Shown here piece by piece: positions 51,177 to 62,079 of a stretch of 64,000 nucleotides of DNA. A program made the translations under genes and the position numbers. Numbering within the stretch: the stretch's first letter is position 1; each line of letters starts with the position of its first letter. This DNA comes from Synergistales bacterium. Its GTDB lineage: Bacteria; Synergistota; Synergistia; Synergistales; JAFGMB01. Under the pieces are notes generated by a model. The model saw only the letters and a list, made by a program, of their open reading frames with translations. It had not been told where the DNA came from and ran no database searches. The DNA is taken from NCBI GenBank assembly GCA_963666205.1, contig OY762654.1, forward strand, positions 2,112,001 through 2,176,000, written 5' to 3'.

Positions 51177-51956
51177 CTATCTTTCCTTCCACTCGGGTTT
51201 CCTTTTTTCAAGAAAGGCTGCTACCCCTTCTTTTGCGTCTTCGGTGGTACATAACCGGGCAAATATTTCGTTCATATAGGCGAACTGTTTTTCATAATCC
51301 ATATCTTCAGAGGCATAGAATGCCTCTTTGGCCATACGCACTGCTATGGGGCTTTTCTGAGCCAGGGCTGCGGCCCAGGTAACTGTTTCTTCGTCCAGTT
51401 GATCCAGAGGGACAACCCTGTTTATCAGTCCAAGGGCAAGGGCTTCCGATGCGGATATCAGGTCACCGTAGAGGAGCATTTCCAGGGCTTTCTTTCGTCC
51501 TACAGATCTGGCAACTGCAACCACCGGCCCTACACAGTTAAGACCCACTTTTATGGCGGTCAGACCCATTCGGGCATCTTCAGAAACAATGGCGAGATCT
51601 GCTGCAGCTAGAAGGCCCATTCCGTTTGCTGCAGCCACACCATGAACCTGGGCTATTACGGGTGTTCTCATTTTTGATATGGTTATAAAGGGTTTCTCCA
51701 TTTTTTCAACCCATTCCCGGTACTCCATGGCGTTCTTGCCGGAAAGCTCCTTAACGTCGATACCGGCGCAGAAGACTTTTCCTGATCCTCTGACTATAAT
51801 TACACGAACATCTCTGTCCAGATCAAATTCCTGAAGGGCATTGTCCAGTTCCCGGGCCATCCGGCCGTCGAAGGTGTTGAGGCTTTCTGGCCTGTTGAGA
51901 GTTATACGGGCGACATGATCTTGCAGGGTTTCCATGATCACTTTTTCATAATTCAT
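51177..51956 (-). CDS. Enoyl-CoA hydratase/isomerase family protein
   Basis: LNRPESLN, FCAGID, EGVAAFLEKRKP. Confidence 0.9.
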   Translation of the reverse strand: MNYEKVIMETLQDHVARITLNRPESLNTFDGRMARELDNALQEFDLDRDVRVIIVRGSGKVFCAGIDVKELSGKNAMEYREWVEKMEKPFITISKMRTPVIAQVHGVAAANGMGLLAAADLAIVSEDARMGLTAIKVGLNCVGPVVAVARSVGRKKALEMLLYGDLISASEALALGLINRVVPLDQLDEETVTWAAALAQKSPIAVRMAKEAFYASEDMDYEKQFAYMNEIFARLCTTEDAKEGVAAFLEKRKPEWKER

Positions 51957-52156
51957 TCCGGAACCTCCCCGTCTTTACAATAATTATACTGAATACTCAC
52001 CTGGTCTGAAAATCTTTCCTGAAATATCCTTCACCGAAGTTTTTCCACTGAGTCTCTATTGTAAATGCATCCGCACTGCCTTGCCAGGATGGTATATTAA
52101 TCCCAGGGGACAAAATGGTAAAAAAACCGTAAGAAGCTCAAAGGTTATTTACATTT

Positions 52157-53242
52157 TTGGAGGTAGTGAAGATGTGCCTTGACAAACTTGGATTTAATGA
52201 TTTTTCCAGATGCAGCTCAGAATACAGAAATGAGCAACCCTTTGTTCCTGCCCGGATAATTGCAGTAAACAAGGAACAATTTGTGATCAGTAATGGAAAA
52301 AAGGAAATGAAAGGAGAGCTTTCCGGCAGATTCAGGTTCAATGTCGAAAACTCCCTGGATTTTCCAACGGTGGGAGACTGGGTAAATATCCAGATCTGTA
52401 GTGAGGATCTTGCAATAATACAGGAGCTTTTTCCAAGAAAAAGTCTGCTTAAAAGGAAAGTTGCCGGAAAACGAACAGACTACCAGCTTATCGGAGCAAA
52501 TATCGACACGGCTTTTGTAGTCCAGTCTCTTGATGAGAACTACAATCCCCGCCGTCTGGAACGTTACATTGTTGCTGTTAATGAAGGGAATATCACTCCA
52601 GTGGTGCTTTTCAGCAAGAGTGATCTCCTGACCGATCTTCAGATCGAAGAACGAATGGAAGAGATAAGAATCCTGATGCCGGATCTTAAGACCTTGATAT
52701 TCAGTAACCTGAGCGGAGATGGATTGAAAGAGATCAGGGAACTTATGGTTTCAGGCAGGACATATTGTCTGCTGGGTTCCTCCGGAGTTGGAAAGACCTC
52801 TTTGATCAACTGTCTTGTTGGAGAGGACAGATTTGAGACCCGCGAAGTTCGGGATAAGGATCATAAAGGGAAACATACTACGACAAGAAGACAGCTGATA
52901 ATCCTTGCCAGTGGAGCAATGCTTATAGATACCCCGGGGATGAGGGAGTTAGCTTCGATCGGCGGGCAGTATGGAATATGCGGGACGTTTGGGGAGATAT
53001 CTGAATTAGCCCTTGAATGCAGATTCAAGGACTGTACTCATATCACGGAAAAGGGATGTGCTGTTCTGGCTGCGCTGAAAGAAGGCACTCTTTCACGGGA
53101 GCGATACGAAAATTATCTCAAGATCAGAAAGGAATCTGCCCGGAATGAGATGTCATACTATGAAAAGCGCCGAAAGGATAAAGAATTCGGCAAAATGTGC
53201 AAATCGGTTATGAAAGCAAAGGACAAGGGCTCAAACAGATAA
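52157..53242 (+). CDS. rsgA: Ribosome small-subunit-dependent GTPase A
   Basis: SKSD, GSSGVGKT, GKHTT, DTPG, CRFKDCTH..GC. Confidence 0.92.
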   Translation: MEVVKMCLDKLGFNDFSRCSSEYRNEQPFVPARIIAVNKEQFVISNGKKEMKGELSGRFRFNVENSLDFPTVGDWVNIQICSEDLAIIQELFPRKSLLKRKVAGKRTDYQLIGANIDTAFVVQSLDENYNPRRLERYIVAVNEGNITPVVLFSKSDLLTDLQIEERMEEIRILMPDLKTLIFSNLSGDGLKEIRELMVSGRTYCLLGSSGVGKTSLINCLVGEDRFETREVRDKDHKGKHTTTRRQLIILASGAMLIDTPGMRELASIGGQYGICGTFGEISELALECRFKDCTHITEKGCAVLAALKEGTLSRERYENYLKIRKESARNEMSYYEKRRKDKEFGKMCKSVMKAKDKGSNR

Positions 53243-53260
53243 TAACAAATAGTATTGTCG

Positions 53261-53866
53261 CTATCCCTTCATCAGGAGAAGGCTTATGGCAGTATAGACA
53301 AGAAGCAGACTTAGAAAGATATTTATATATTTCTTGAGCCTTGGGTTGGTAATGTACCGTTTCAGTGCTGTTCCAAACAGTGCCCAGAGGGAAAGGGTGA
53401 AAAAGGCTGATATTGTGACACCAACTGTCCAGATGAGTACCAGTGAGATATTGCCGGCAATTGAGGCCAGGAACGCGCTGAAGAGGGTTATCCCGTAGAA
53501 CATCAGTTTCGGATTGAGGAACTGGAGCAGTATTCCCCTTCCGAAGCCAAGCCTGGTTACTTCCTTTCCCTCTTCGAAGGAATAGCTGGCCCTGCAGGTC
53601 AGCCAGGCGAGCCAGAGAATGTAAAGACACCCTGCCCACCTTACCCATGATGAAAGGGAGGGTAAAATATTCAGGACTGCAGTAGACATGCTTCCGCAGA
53701 AGAGCATTATTCCGAAAAAACCTGTGAGAATACCTGAGATGAATGGCAGCGTCTTTCCATAACCGAAGACAAGTCCCATGGAAGCACAGGCTATGTTATT
53801 CGGGCCGGGTGTAATGGATGCTACTCCTATAAAGATAATTGCAGATAATATCTCTGGATTCGACAT
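53261..53866 (-). CDS. LysE-family amino acid exporter
   Basis: ITPGPNN, GCLYILWLAW, FLNPK. Confidence 0.88.
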   Translation of the reverse strand: MSNPEILSAIIFIGVASITPGPNNIACASMGLVFGYGKTLPFISGILTGFFGIMLFCGSMSTAVLNILPSLSSWVRWAGCLYILWLAWLTCRASYSFEEGKEVTRLGFGRGILLQFLNPKLMFYGITLFSAFLASIAGNISLVLIWTVGVTISAFFTLSLWALFGTALKRYITNPRLKKYINIFLSLLLVYTAISLLLMKG

Positions 53867-54080
53867 AATAGAATTCTACATCATTTTAACAGCCTAATTC
53901 AATGGACAGGATTCCTTTTTTTCCTGTCGCTAAGGGGTTTCCCCGTACCTTAAATCTCTTTTTGAAATAAAAGTTGACTCTCTTGATACCCCGTACTAAA
54001 CTTGTTCCCGTGTTTATTCTTATACGGGTAATGGTATATAAGGAAACGGTGCAGTTATTTTGAAAGGAGTTGATGCAGTA

Positions 54081-54653
54081 ATGCCTCAGGCCATTGAGAT
54101 TCGGTGGCACGGAAGAGGAGGTCAGGGAGCCAAGTCAGGTTCGGCCATTCTCTCCGAGGTGTTGTTCGAGGCCGGAAAATTCGTCCAGTCATTTCCGGAA
54201 TATGGAGCAGAGCGCCAGGGAGCTCCCATGAAGGCCTACAACAGGGTATCCGATCAGCCTATCCGCAAGCGTTGCGGAGTACAGAACCCTAACGTGGTGG
54301 CCGTAATTGACCCGACCCTTCTCGATGCAGCCCGTCCAACCGAGGGATGCGATGAGGATACGGTCTACCTTATCAATACACCCATGTCGCCAGCGGATAT
54401 CAAGAAAAAACTTTGCCTGTCTGATGCAGTCAAGGTCATAACCATTGATGCGACAAAGATCACCCTGGAGGAGTTTGGTCAGAACCGTCCCAATGCTCCC
54501 ATGCTTGGGACCTTTGCCCAGATATTTACAGAGGTTCCCATCCAGGCATTTGTGGATCACTTCTCACACAAGATGTCTAAATTGCCAGAGAAGATCCTGT
54601 CTGCCAATCTTCGGGCTATCCAGAGGGGTTACGAGGAGGTGCAGATCGGATGA
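54081..54653 (+). CDS. porC: Pyruvate/2-oxoacid:ferredoxin oxidoreductase gamma subunit
   Basis: EIRWHGRGGQG, FPEYGAER; RBS AAGGAG. Confidence 0.92.
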   Translation: MPQAIEIRWHGRGGQGAKSGSAILSEVLFEAGKFVQSFPEYGAERQGAPMKAYNRVSDQPIRKRCGVQNPNVVAVIDPTLLDAARPTEGCDEDTVYLINTPMSPADIKKKLCLSDAVKVITIDATKITLEEFGQNRPNAPMLGTFAQIFTEVPIQAFVDHFSHKMSKLPEKILSANLRAIQRGYEEVQIG

Positions 54654-54976
54654 GCGACTGCAGGAACTGGAAAGAAATGAAAGATGTGGGCAAGCCGAAA
54701 AAATGGCAGGATGTTCCCATGGGGGGCATCGCCTACGGAGCTTCAGCCGAGAATGTGGAGACAGGCCAGTGGAGAAGCATTCGTCCCGTATGGAATGAAG
54801 AGGAGTGCATTTCATGCATGCTCTGCTGGGTACAGTGCCCGGACCGTTCCATCACTACCGATGAGAACGGTAAGGTTACGGGTATCGACTACTTCTACTG
54901 CAAGGGCTGCGGTATATGTGCACACGTATGCCCCAAAAAGGCGATAGAGATGCGGCCAGAGGCCGACTTCGCGTAG
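54650..54976 (+). CDS. porD: 2-oxoacid:ferredoxin oxidoreductase delta subunit
   Basis: TGQWR..RP, CISCMLC..CPD, CKGCGICAHVCP. Confidence 0.92.
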   Translation: MSDCRNWKEMKDVGKPKKWQDVPMGGIAYGASAENVETGQWRSIRPVWNEEECISCMLCWVQCPDRSITTDENGKVTGIDYFYCKGCGICAHVCPKKAIEMRPEADFA

Positions 54977-54992
54977 AAGGGAGCAAAAGAAG

Positions 54993-56159
54993 ATGCCACG
55001 TAAAGAAATTACATCAGGAAACTGGGCTTTTGCCGAGGCAATGCGCCAGATCAATCCGGACGTTGTTGCAGCATATCCCATAACTCCTTCGACAGATATA
55101 ATAATGAAGTTTGCCGAATTTGTGGCCAACGGTAAAGTTGAGACCAACTTTGTAACCGTAGAGAGTGAACACTCTGCCATCACTGCCTGTGTAACAGCTT
55201 CAGCCGCCGGTGCCCGAGTAATGACCGCATCCAGTGCGAATGGAGTAGCCCTTATGCACGAGATATTCCCCATCGCAGGCTGTTTCAGGACCCCCATCGT
55301 TTTCGGTCTTGTCAACAGGAGTGTGGGTGCTCCGATAAACATTCACTGTGACCACAGCGACAGCATGGGCCAGCGCGATCTGGGATGGATCCACCTTTAC
55401 TGCGAAGATGCCCAGGAAGCCTATGATTCCGCCATTATGGCAGTCAGACTGAGCGAGAACAATGATGTCCTTACACCTGTATTTGTCTGCCAGGATGGTT
55501 TCATCACCAGCCATGGTTTTGAACCCGTTGAATACCTTGATGATGATACAGTCAGAAATTTTGTAGGCGAAAGGGAGCCCCTCAATTCGCTCCTTGACGT
55601 TGATAATCCTGTATCTTATGGATCCTTCGCCATGTCTGAGTATTATTTTGAGATCAAACGCCAGCAGATCGAAGCCAATAAAAAGGCTCTCGAACTCTAC
55701 GATGGAATAGCAAGGGAATATGAGGCAATATCGGGCCGTTATTATCCCATGATCGACTGCTACAAGACGGAGGATGCAGACCATGTGATCGTCATAATGT
55801 CTTCAGCATCCGGAGCCGTCAAGGATGTAGTGGATGAAATGCGCGATAAAGGTCACAAGGTAGGCTGCCTGAGGATCCGCATGTTCCGTCCCTTCCCCAA
55901 AGAGGCAGTAGCAGCTGCACTTAAGGGTAAAAAATCCGTAGCAGTTCTTGACAGATGTCTCAGCTTAGGCGGTACCGCCCCTCTTGTTGCGGAGGTAAGG
56001 AGTGCCCTTTACGCTACAGGCGAAATGATCCCGACCAACAGCTGTATCTACGGCCTTGGCGGAAGAGATTTCTTCCCCCAGTATGCCGAGGACATCTTTA
56101 TGGACCTCATAAATGGCAAGATCTCGCCCGAAGAGCGCTACATCGGCCTTCTCGAATAG
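54993..56159 (+). CDS. porA: 2-oxoacid:ferredoxin oxidoreductase alpha subunit
   Basis: AAYPITP, VESEHSA, YGLGGRD. Confidence 0.93.
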   Translation: MPRKEITSGNWAFAEAMRQINPDVVAAYPITPSTDIIMKFAEFVANGKVETNFVTVESEHSAITACVTASAAGARVMTASSANGVALMHEIFPIAGCFRTPIVFGLVNRSVGAPINIHCDHSDSMGQRDLGWIHLYCEDAQEAYDSAIMAVRLSENNDVLTPVFVCQDGFITSHGFEPVEYLDDDTVRNFVGEREPLNSLLDVDNPVSYGSFAMSEYYFEIKRQQIEANKKALELYDGIAREYEAISGRYYPMIDCYKTEDADHVIVIMSSASGAVKDVVDEMRDKGHKVGCLRIRMFRPFPKEAVAAALKGKKSVAVLDRCLSLGGTAPLVAEVRSALYATGEMIPTNSCIYGLGGRDFFPQYAEDIFMDLINGKISPEERYIGLLE

Positions 56160-56166
56160 GGAGGTA

Positions 56167-57117
56167 ATGAAGATGAGTATAAAGATAAAAGATGTTCTGA
56201 ACAAAAAAAGCCCTATGACACAGGGTCATCGCATGTGTCCCGGATGTGGAGCCCCGACGGCAGTCCACCAGGGACTGATGGGAGTGGATTCCCCCCTTGT
56301 GGTGGTAAACGCTACCGGATGCCTTGAGGTTTCTACAACTGTATATCCTTTCAGCGCCTGGCGTGTGCCATGGATCCACACCGCTTTTGAAAATGCCGGT
56401 GCCGGGGTTTCAGGAGTAGAGGCCGCTTACCAGGTATTGAAGAAAAAGGGTAAGATCGATAAGGATATCAAGTTCGTCGCCTTCGGCGGCGACGGGGGGA
56501 CCTATGATATCGGTCTTCAGTCCCTTTCCGGAGCCCTTGAGAGAGGTCATGATTTTACCTACATCTGCTACAACAACCAGGGATATATGAATACCGGAGC
56601 TCAGAGGAGCAGTGCAACCCCAAGGGGAGCAAATGCTACAACTACTCCGGCAGGCAGCGTCATCCCCGGAAAACTTCAGAAACCCAAGGATCTTACGAGC
56701 ATAGCAGCAGCCCATCATATACCCTATGTTGCCCAGACCACCCTCTACAACCACATGGATGTAGCCAACAAGATAAAAAGGGCCATAGAAACACCGGGAC
56801 CAGCCTTTGTTAACATTCTGGTTCCCTGCGTTCTCTTCTGGAGGATCGACCCGGCTCTTCAGGGAGAAATATGCAAAAAAGCAGCAGATACAAGATTCTG
56901 GCCTGTCTATGAAGTTATCGACGGGGAATGGAAGCTTTCCTATAAGCCCAAAAAGCGTGTACCGGTTGAAGAATTCCTGAAACCCCAGGGACGTTATTCC
57001 CATCTTTTCAAGGGAGAGAAATCAAAGGCTCTTCTTGAGCAGGCCCAGGCGGATATCGAGACTGGCTGGCAGTATATTCTTGACCGCTGTGGAGAAACCT
57101 GGGAACCCCAGGATTAG
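56167..57117 (+). CDS. porB: 2-oxoacid:ferredoxin oxidoreductase beta subunit
   Basis: GHRMCPGCG, TGCLEV, GGDGG, YMNTG.QRS. Confidence 0.93.
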   Translation: MKMSIKIKDVLNKKSPMTQGHRMCPGCGAPTAVHQGLMGVDSPLVVVNATGCLEVSTTVYPFSAWRVPWIHTAFENAGAGVSGVEAAYQVLKKKGKIDKDIKFVAFGGDGGTYDIGLQSLSGALERGHDFTYICYNNQGYMNTGAQRSSATPRGANATTTPAGSVIPGKLQKPKDLTSIAAAHHIPYVAQTTLYNHMDVANKIKRAIETPGPAFVNILVPCVLFWRIDPALQGEICKKAADTRFWPVYEVIDGEWKLSYKPKKRVPVEEFLKPQGRYSHLFKGEKSKALLEQAQADIETGWQYILDRCGETWEPQD

Positions 57118-57147
57118 CTTCCTGTTTTAAAGAATATAAGTACAAAG

Positions 57148-57183
57148 AAGGCCGGACCTCTTATTGGGGACCCGGCCTTTTTT
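57148..57183. terminator. Terminator between convergent genes
   Basis: AAGGCCGG / CCGGCCTT followed by a T-run. Confidence 0.65.
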
Positions 57184-57220
57184 ATTGAAGACATGAAAGG
57201 TCCTGTTTATCTGTCATGAT

Positions 57221-59986
57221 TTATTTTTTTGCAGAAATACTGTAACCCATTCTTTTCATAAGTTTCAGGGCTTCGAAGGTTCCCAGGAATATAGCTCCAG
57301 CGCCAAGAACGTACATGAAGTCCTTTATGGAAGGAGGCGAAAAATAAAGGAATGACCTTACAAAGGGAACATTGGTCCCGAGATATACCATGAAGATGGA
57401 AAAAATAACGGAGCCTACAAGGACCCTGTTGCTGAAGAAATTGCGGCTGAAGATGGTGTTGAGTTCGTAGCGTCTCGAAAATATGTTGACGAACTGACAG
57501 TATGCCACAGTAAGGTATGTAAGAGTGGTCGCCTTTGCGAAATTTATTGTTCCCATGGCATCCGGGGAAAGGGTTATTCCTGTCCTGGACATGAAAAATC
57601 CGAAATTTCCAAAGGCAAGGATGCCGATAAGGGTTCCAAGGAATAACACCTCAAGGGAGCTGGAAAGGTTCATTATATGTGCATTGAGATCACGAGGGGG
57701 CTCATGCATTATTCCTTCAGTCGGTGGATCAAATGTCAGAAATGTAAGGGGCATAACTTCGGCCAGGAGGTCTATGGCAAGTATCTGTATTGCCAGGATA
57801 GGTATTGGCCAATTCCAGAGAGCGACTCCCAGAAGTCCCAGGAGAACGATCACGAGCTCCGCCACGTTGGTCGTCATGGAAGCAATGACTGTCTTTTTCA
57901 GGTTATTGTAGATAGTCCGGCCTTCCCTGACCGCTTCAACCAGAGTGGGGAAACTGTCATCCAGAAGGATGAGCTCTGCTGCTTCTTTGGCAACGTCCGT
58001 TCCTGTCATTCCCATAGCTACTCCTATTGCCGCCCTTTTGAGGGCCGGAGCGTCATTGACCCCGTCTCCGGTGACGGCAACAACTTCTCCCTGGGCCTGA
58101 AGCAGCTTGACTATACGCAGCTTGTCTTCAGGTGCTACCCTGGAGAAAATGACAGAATCTGTTGCTAAAAGTATCTCTGTCAGTTTCGCATCATCCATTT
58201 TCTCCATTTCCGCACCAGTATATACTGGAGGTTCCCCTTCACTGGAGAGGCCTATCTGTTTTCCCACGGCCTGGGCTGTTATGGCATGATCTCCTGTCAT
58301 TATAATTATCCGTATGTGAGCCTCATGACAGCTTGCAACAGCTTCTTTGACACCTTCTTTGGGAGGGTCGATCATACAGACAAGGCCCAGGAAGACTACA
58401 TCCTTCTCTGCTTCTTCCATGGTGTAATCTCTTCCATTTGCTTCAAGGGGACGGAAGGCTATGGCAAGAACCCTAAGCGCTTTTTTCGAATAACTTTCAT
58501 TCAGGTTTCGGATATACTTTTTGTCTTCTTCGGTTATTGGAAGGATCTTTCCATCCCTGTAGATGGATCTGCTGATGGCAAGGACGCTGTCAGTCGCTCC
58601 TTTAAGGGCCAGTTCCCGGCGGTTTTTGAACTGCCGTACGGAACTCATGAGTTTACGTTCTGAATCGAAGGGAAATTCCTTCAGTTCCGGATTTTCTTCG
58701 TCTTCCCGAGGACTCCTGGTCCCCAGCTTTGTGGAAAGGGTTATCAGGGCTGCTTCGGTAGGATCCCCAATGGGGTACCATCCCGGGTGTTCATCGTCTG
58801 CAGGATGGATCTCTGCATTAGATGCCATTGTGGCTGCATCCATCATTATTTCAATCTCATCTATCTGTTCCTGTGTAAGGGATTTTTCATTTTCATCGAG
58901 GATATCACCTTCAGGGGCATAACCTATTCCGGTAATCTTATATTCTTTTCCATCGAACCAGAGGTTTGTGACTGTCATTTCATTTTTGGTAAGGGTTCCC
59001 GTTTTATCCGTGCATATGACGGTGGTTGACCCCAGTGTTTCCACAGAGGGAAGGTTCTTGACCACAGCTTTGCGGTCGGCAAGCCTTTTGCTTGTTGCTG
59101 AAAGGGCTACCGTGACCTGCGCTGGCAGAGCCTGGGGTACTGCCGCTACAGCGACACCAAGGGCATAGACCATGCTCATGAAGAAACTGAATCCCTGCCA
59201 TAGTGCTATTCCAAAAAGAGCTATACTGATCACTATTACAATGCTTGTGAGCCATTTTGCGAGAATTCCAAGTTCCTGCTGAAGAGGTGATCTTACTGCC
59301 GTTGTTTCCGAGGTCATACTTGCTATTTTGCCCATTTCAGTGTGCATGCCGGTTTCCACAACAAGACCGAGGGCTGTTCCTGTTGCTACGGTAGTTCCCA
59401 TATATGCAATGTTTTCCCGATCGGCAAGAACGCATTCTTCAGTAATGATCATGCTTGTTTTTTCCTGGGATGTGGATTCCCCGGTGAGGGAAAACTCGTT
59501 TGTCCTGAAATTGAAAGCTTCCAGTATCCTGGTGTCTGCCGGTATTTTATCCCCGGCTTCCAGCATTATTATGTCTCCGGGAACAAGAAGATCCTGTGAT
59601 ATCTGCTGAAGTTCTCCGTTCACCCTTATCTTGGCAGGAGATTGTATAAGTTTCTGAAGGCTTTCAAGGATCTTTCCGGCTTTATACTCCTGGGTAAATC
59701 CTATAATGGCATTAACGAGAACAATGATAAGCATTACCGTCGCATCACGATAGCTTCCTATGATGAATGAGATAATGCCTGCTGCAATAAGGACCATAAC
59801 CAGAAGGTCCTTGAACTGCATAAGGAAGATCAGCCACTTGGGAAGGGTTATGTCCGTCGTGATCTGGTTTGGCCCGTATGTTTTCCGACGCTTTTCTGCC
59901 TCTTCCCGGGGAAAACCCTTTTCAGTCGAGCCCAGAGATTCCAGTGCATCCTTCGCATGCATCCGATAATATTCTTTATTATCCAT
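57221..59986 (-). CDS. Cation-translocating P-type ATPase (type II-like)
   Basis: TGES, DKTGT, GDPTE, TGDGVNDAP. Confidence 0.93.
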   Translation of the reverse strand: MDNKEYYRMHAKDALESLGSTEKGFPREEAEKRRKTYGPNQITTDITLPKWLIFLMQFKDLLVMVLIAAGIISFIIGSYRDATVMLIIVLVNAIIGFTQEYKAGKILESLQKLIQSPAKIRVNGELQQISQDLLVPGDIIMLEAGDKIPADTRILEAFNFRTNEFSLTGESTSQEKTSMIITEECVLADRENIAYMGTTVATGTALGLVVETGMHTEMGKIASMTSETTAVRSPLQQELGILAKWLTSIVIVISIALFGIALWQGFSFFMSMVYALGVAVAAVPQALPAQVTVALSATSKRLADRKAVVKNLPSVETLGSTTVICTDKTGTLTKNEMTVTNLWFDGKEYKITGIGYAPEGDILDENEKSLTQEQIDEIEIMMDAATMASNAEIHPADDEHPGWYPIGDPTEAALITLSTKLGTRSPREDEENPELKEFPFDSERKLMSSVRQFKNRRELALKGATDSVLAISRSIYRDGKILPITEEDKKYIRNLNESYSKKALRVLAIAFRPLEANGRDYTMEEAEKDVVFLGLVCMIDPPKEGVKEAVASCHEAHIRIIIMTGDHAITAQAVGKQIGLSSEGEPPVYTGAEMEKMDDAKLTEILLATDSVIFSRVAPEDKLRIVKLLQAQGEVVAVTGDGVNDAPALKRAAIGVAMGMTGTDVAKEAAELILLDDSFPTLVEAVREGRTIYNNLKKTVIASMTTNVAELVIVLLGLLGVALWNWPIPILAIQILAIDLLAEVMPLTFLTFDPPTEGIMHEPPRDLNAHIMNLSSSLEVLFLGTLIGILAFGNFGFFMSRTGITLSPDAMGTINFAKATTLTYLTVAYCQFVNIFSRRYELNTIFSRNFFSNRVLVGSVIFSIFMVYLGTNVPFVRSFLYFSPPSIKDFMYVLGAGAIFLGTFEALKLMKRMGYSISAKK

Positions 59987-60223
59987 ATCTATCCTCCCGA
60001 GGTTTCTCTAAACCTGCCCGATGGTTAGTCTGGTAAAGCTTTAAAAGTGTTCTTATTCTAACCATAGGTTTTGGACTTATCAAGAAAAGTTTCCTGTATG
60101 TCAGTCAGATGTGCAGGATCGGGAACTGGAGATCGGTGGGGAGTAGAGATAAAAAAATAAGGGACCATCCCCTGGGACAGTCCCTTCAGCAGCTTTTCCG
60201 TCCAGGAAAAGAAATTATCAGGC

Positions 60224-60613
60224 TCAGGAAGAGCAGCCAGCCTGGATGGGAAGGTGAGCTTTATTACAGGACATGCCACCCTTAAGAGAGCAGGCATTAA
60301 AGCCAAGTATCCTCATTATTCCAACAAGCTGACCTGCTGTCTGCCCGGAATAGCAGATGGGTATGACTTTGCAGTTTCTGGGTATATCGTCAAGAAATTC
60401 TCCGACCTCTGCCCACGGTATATTTACAGCACCTTCTATATGGCCTTCCTGAAAATCTTCGGGTTTTCTGATGTCGAGGAGAAAAAGATCTTCTCCCTTT
60501 TTTATTTCTTCTTCCAGTTGTTCACATGTTATCAGGTTATTGCAGCCCCTTTTGAGATCTTCAAAGTAACTTTCAACAGCTTTGCCTAACGATGGTTCCA
60601 TTACTGTCTGCAT
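60224..60613 (-). CDS. Rhodanese-like domain protein
   Basis: LDIR..GHIEGA.NIP, ICYSGQ, LKGG. Confidence 0.85.
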   Translation of the reverse strand: MQTVMEPSLGKAVESYFEDLKRGCNNLITCEQLEEEIKKGEDLFLLDIRKPEDFQEGHIEGAVNIPWAEVGEFLDDIPRNCKVIPICYSGQTAGQLVGIMRILGFNACSLKGGMSCNKAHLPIQAGCSS

Positions 60614-60682
60614 ATTACTTAACCCCCTCGGTTAACTGGTTTGTCGAAATATAGATAATATTTTCACTTTAGGTATCAAGTG

Positions 60683-60725
60683 ATATTGATAATCAATATT
60701 TACAATAAAGAGAAGGAAGTGTCAA
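60683..60725 (-). promoter_or_regulatory. Sigma70 promoter overlapped by an 8-1-8 palindrome (Fur/PerR-like)
   Basis: Minus strand TTGACA-17-TAAATA; ATATTGAT-A-ATCAATAT at 60683-60699. Confidence 0.55.
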
Positions 60726-60963
60726 GGTAAATTTAACAGTATATACACCTGCCCGTATATCTTTCTCTTCAAAGGTCTAGACATAGTCTTTACGGGTATG
60801 GGTATATTGTTTTGGGAAGGATCCAATTCTGAGGGGAAAAAGAATGAGAAGGCCGGGAACGTGAACCGGCCCTCTCATGATCATAAGGCAGATGTAACCC
60901 CAATCGTTTCGGATATCGGAAAAGTAAAGCTGATATCTTTCTTCTGTTTCAAGGGTTCTGATT

Positions 60964-62079
60964 TCAGGAATGGGCTCTGAAATACTCCAGGGTGCTCCTT
61001 GCCAGTGCTCTTTCAAAGGGAAAATCACTTGTCTCTGTAATATTGGAGGGATCCCTTTCAAGGAGTATTCTGAGAAAGGGCATGAGCTGGCTCTCATAGC
61101 GTTTCATGCATCTTTCCGGGTCAAAACCAGGCCATGCATTGCAGCTTATGCATAATCTCCTGTTTGTAGTGTCAACAAAGGGAGGGATCTCGTCATAAAG
61201 GGGGTCATTTTCCTCTATTACATATCTTTCCATTGTTCCGTAAGGAACTCCCTCCAGGGCCTTGACGGAAGGAGGATCAGCTTTTGTATCATAGGGATCC
61301 GCGGTAATGTCCAGTATTATAGAATGTCTGGGGAGGTATCCTAGCATGGTGTTCTGCAGGATTATTTCCGAGCCATCCCTTCTTCCTGTCGCATCCACAA
61401 GGATATCCGTCATTGTGAGTAGCGTAGCCATCCTCTTTTTATCCCTTACAACAGCTCTTGGTAGTGCCGTTATGAGCATTCCCGGTAAACCCTTTTCCAG
61501 GAATTCCGCGTCACTGAATTTCTGAAATGCCCTTATGGCTGTCTGTCCTACCGGTCCGCAGCCGATAAGGGATACCCTGAGAAGTTCCCTTGATGGCGAG
61601 TAAAAATGAGGATGCCTTTTTTTCAGTTCATCCATGGCCACTTTTACCGCGGAAAAGGATGTTCCTTTAAAGAACACAAAGAGTCTGTTACCTTCGTCAT
61701 CCCTGAGTCCATCCATGGAGTATGTCTTTATTCCTGTTTCTTCTATAACCCTGTTACGGACAGGTCTGGTCTCGTAGTGAAGCATGGAAAAGAGAGTGGA
61801 TCCTTTTCTCATTCTTCTTATAACATCTTCCTCTGGAGTCCGTATTACGATGACAGTGTCCTTCTGGTAAAGTTCTTCCAATGAATCAAGGAAGACAAGT
61901 TCGGGATTACGGGCCAGGTAATCATCTTCAGTGTAACCCATACCGCTGCCGTATCCTCTTTCCACAAAGACCTTCACATCGGACATACGTCCGATCTTTC
62001 CAAAAAGGGTAGGCAGGAAATCCCTTTTTTCGGCTTCTTCTTTATGCATTCTGGGAAAAGCGAGGGAACGAATTCTCAC
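60964..62079 (-). CDS. Alanine dehydrogenase/CEO synthase-like NAD(P)-binding oxidoreductase
   Basis: EKRDFLP, VERGYGSGMG..DY, SMLHY, GCGPVG, DILVDAT. Confidence 0.7.
   Translation of the reverse strand: MRIRSLAFPRMHKEEAEKRDFLPTLFGKIGRMSDVKVFVERGYGSGMGYTEDDYLARNPELVFLDSLEELYQKDTVIVIRTPEEDVIRRMRKGSTLFSMLHYETRPVRNRVIEETGIKTYSMDGLRDDEGNRLFVFFKGTSFSAVKVAMDELKKRHPHFYSPSRELLRVSLIGCGPVGQTAIRAFQKFSDAEFLEKGLPGMLITALPRAVVRDKKRMATLLTMTDILVDATGRRDGSEIILQNTMLGYLPRHSIILDITADPYDTKADPPSVKALEGVPYGTMERYVIEENDPLYDEIPPFVDTTNRRLCISCNAWPGFDPERCMKRYESQLMPFLRILLERDPSNITETSDFPFERALARSTLEYFRAHS

Noticed and set aside
60215-60235. Selenocysteine read-through of the rhodanese TGA
   Set aside because: TGA GCC TGA TAA follows at once, so there is no meaningful extension.
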